The translations under genes were made by a program, and so were the position numbers. From Psammoneis japonica (Eukaryota), in NCBI GenBank assembly GCA_008632985.1, contig QPGO01000311.1, positions 1 to 61,331 on the forward strand: 61,331 bases of DNA. The letters run 5' to 3'. Of the stretch, positions 60,555-61,331 are shown piece after piece (positions within the stretch are counted from its first letter, which is position 1; each line of letters opens with the position of its first letter). Below the pieces are notes generated by a model. The model had not been told where the DNA came from, did not search any database, and worked only from the letters and a program-made list of their open reading frames with translations.

Positions 60555-61331
60555 TTAAGGCACAGTAATTGTGACCGCATGTCCTCCTACTACGACGCCA
60601 TTTGCGGAAAACTGCACCTCACATTCAAATACCGTACCGGCTGGGGTCGTCTCAGTAACAAAATATGTTTCTTCAAAGGTTGCAGTTCCACCAGGCTCGA
60701 CAACAACACCAGAGCTTGGATCAAAGGTAACAATCAAGTCACCGCAACCTACCGCCACAGCAGAAATAGAACAGGGCAATTCCCCGATTGCTGTCAAGAT
60801 TGCGTCAGCTATGTTGCTACCGTCTGAGCTTAACGGTACTGTCGTTCCTCCAGTGGCAGACGCAAGGTTTGCAAGCTCACCGCCAACTCCGGGGGCTTCC
60901 AATCCAATTACACGGATGTTGTTTGCATTATTTAAGGCTGAAACAGTAGAAGCAAAATCATTTTGATAGAGTGGCCCATCATCGGGGACATGGAAGGTAG
61001 CATCGGTAGTAACAACAAGCAGCCGGGCAACGGTAAGGTCAGTTGACCACCCACAGTCTCCTTCGAACGTTGTCGGATCGACTTGTAGTCCCTGAGTAGC
61101 TCCTACGATTGCATCATACTGAGACTCTGGCAGATCACCACCTCCACTCGCAACTAAACCATTGATAGCATTCGTCCAGTCAGACATTTCGGAACTCAGA
61201 GGACTGAAAAGCTGATACGGGAAGGTGCCCTGAATAGGGTGGTCCTCATATCCGGCTACTCCAAAACGGGCACCAGAGGTGGATGCAGACACTTCATTGA
61301 AAATTTCTCCGGCTACGCTCCTCAGAGTTTC
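60555..61331 (-). CDS. von Willebrand factor A (integrin-beta-like VWA) domain protein, 5' end outside the window
   Basis: RFGVAGYEDHP, ASGGGDLPESQYDAI and GW...RLLVVTTDATFH, followed by a beta-rich C-terminal domain. Confidence 0.85.
   Translation of the reverse strand, partial: ETLRSVAGEIFNEVSASTSGARFGVAGYEDHPIQGTFPYQLFSPLSSEMSDWTNAINGLVASGGGDLPESQYDAIVGATQGLQVDPTTFEGDCGWSTDLTVARLLVVTTDATFHVPDDGPLYQNDFASTVSALNNANNIRVIGLEAPGVGGELANLASATGGTTVPLSSDGSNIADAILTAIGELPCSISAVAVGCGDLIVTFDPSSGVVVEPGGTATFEETYFVTETTPAGTVFECEVQFSANGVVVGGHAVTITVP

Overview
Eukaryotic genomic DNA, most likely from a pennate diatom (inference from short GT-AG introns, a diatom-type cyclin, a CoDi-type Copia remnant and a bipartite plastid-targeting-like N-terminus). 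The window alternates sharply between two kinds of sequence. (1) Ordinary gene islands: PhyH-family dioxygenase, multi-exon SZT2, a frameshifted STAND/AAA-TPR gene, DOT1-like methyltransferase, retropepsin-like protein, OB-fold protein, cyclin, alpha/beta hydrolase, Costars-LIM protein, ART-like protein, M17 aminopeptidase, SERF, DUF819 and a partial VWA protein. (2) Seven domains of transposon and pseudogene relics (~1-5880, 21240-22300, 31750-33290, 35060-36300, 39600-42480, 44460-51780, 53960-55050) from which TpA is almost erased, CpG is reduced and TpG/CpA are abundant. Direction can be read inside the window. A piggyBac-type MITE occurs once intact (24844-25311) and once mutated (32164-32591), with TA->CA/TG and CG->CA/TG changes that include its TTAA target duplication (TTAA->TCAA). 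Conserved Tyr codons in a transposase, a Copia polyprotein and a PARP-like gene have become Cys/His codons. This points to a domain-restricted TpA->TpG/CpA (A:T->G:C) hypermutation process, opposite in direction to fungal RIP, and is the main candidate for an undescribed system. Small TAG/CTA-rich patches and micro-duplication stutters also occur near gene ends and domain borders. All family assignments are from motif recognition by eye; no database searches or counts were run.
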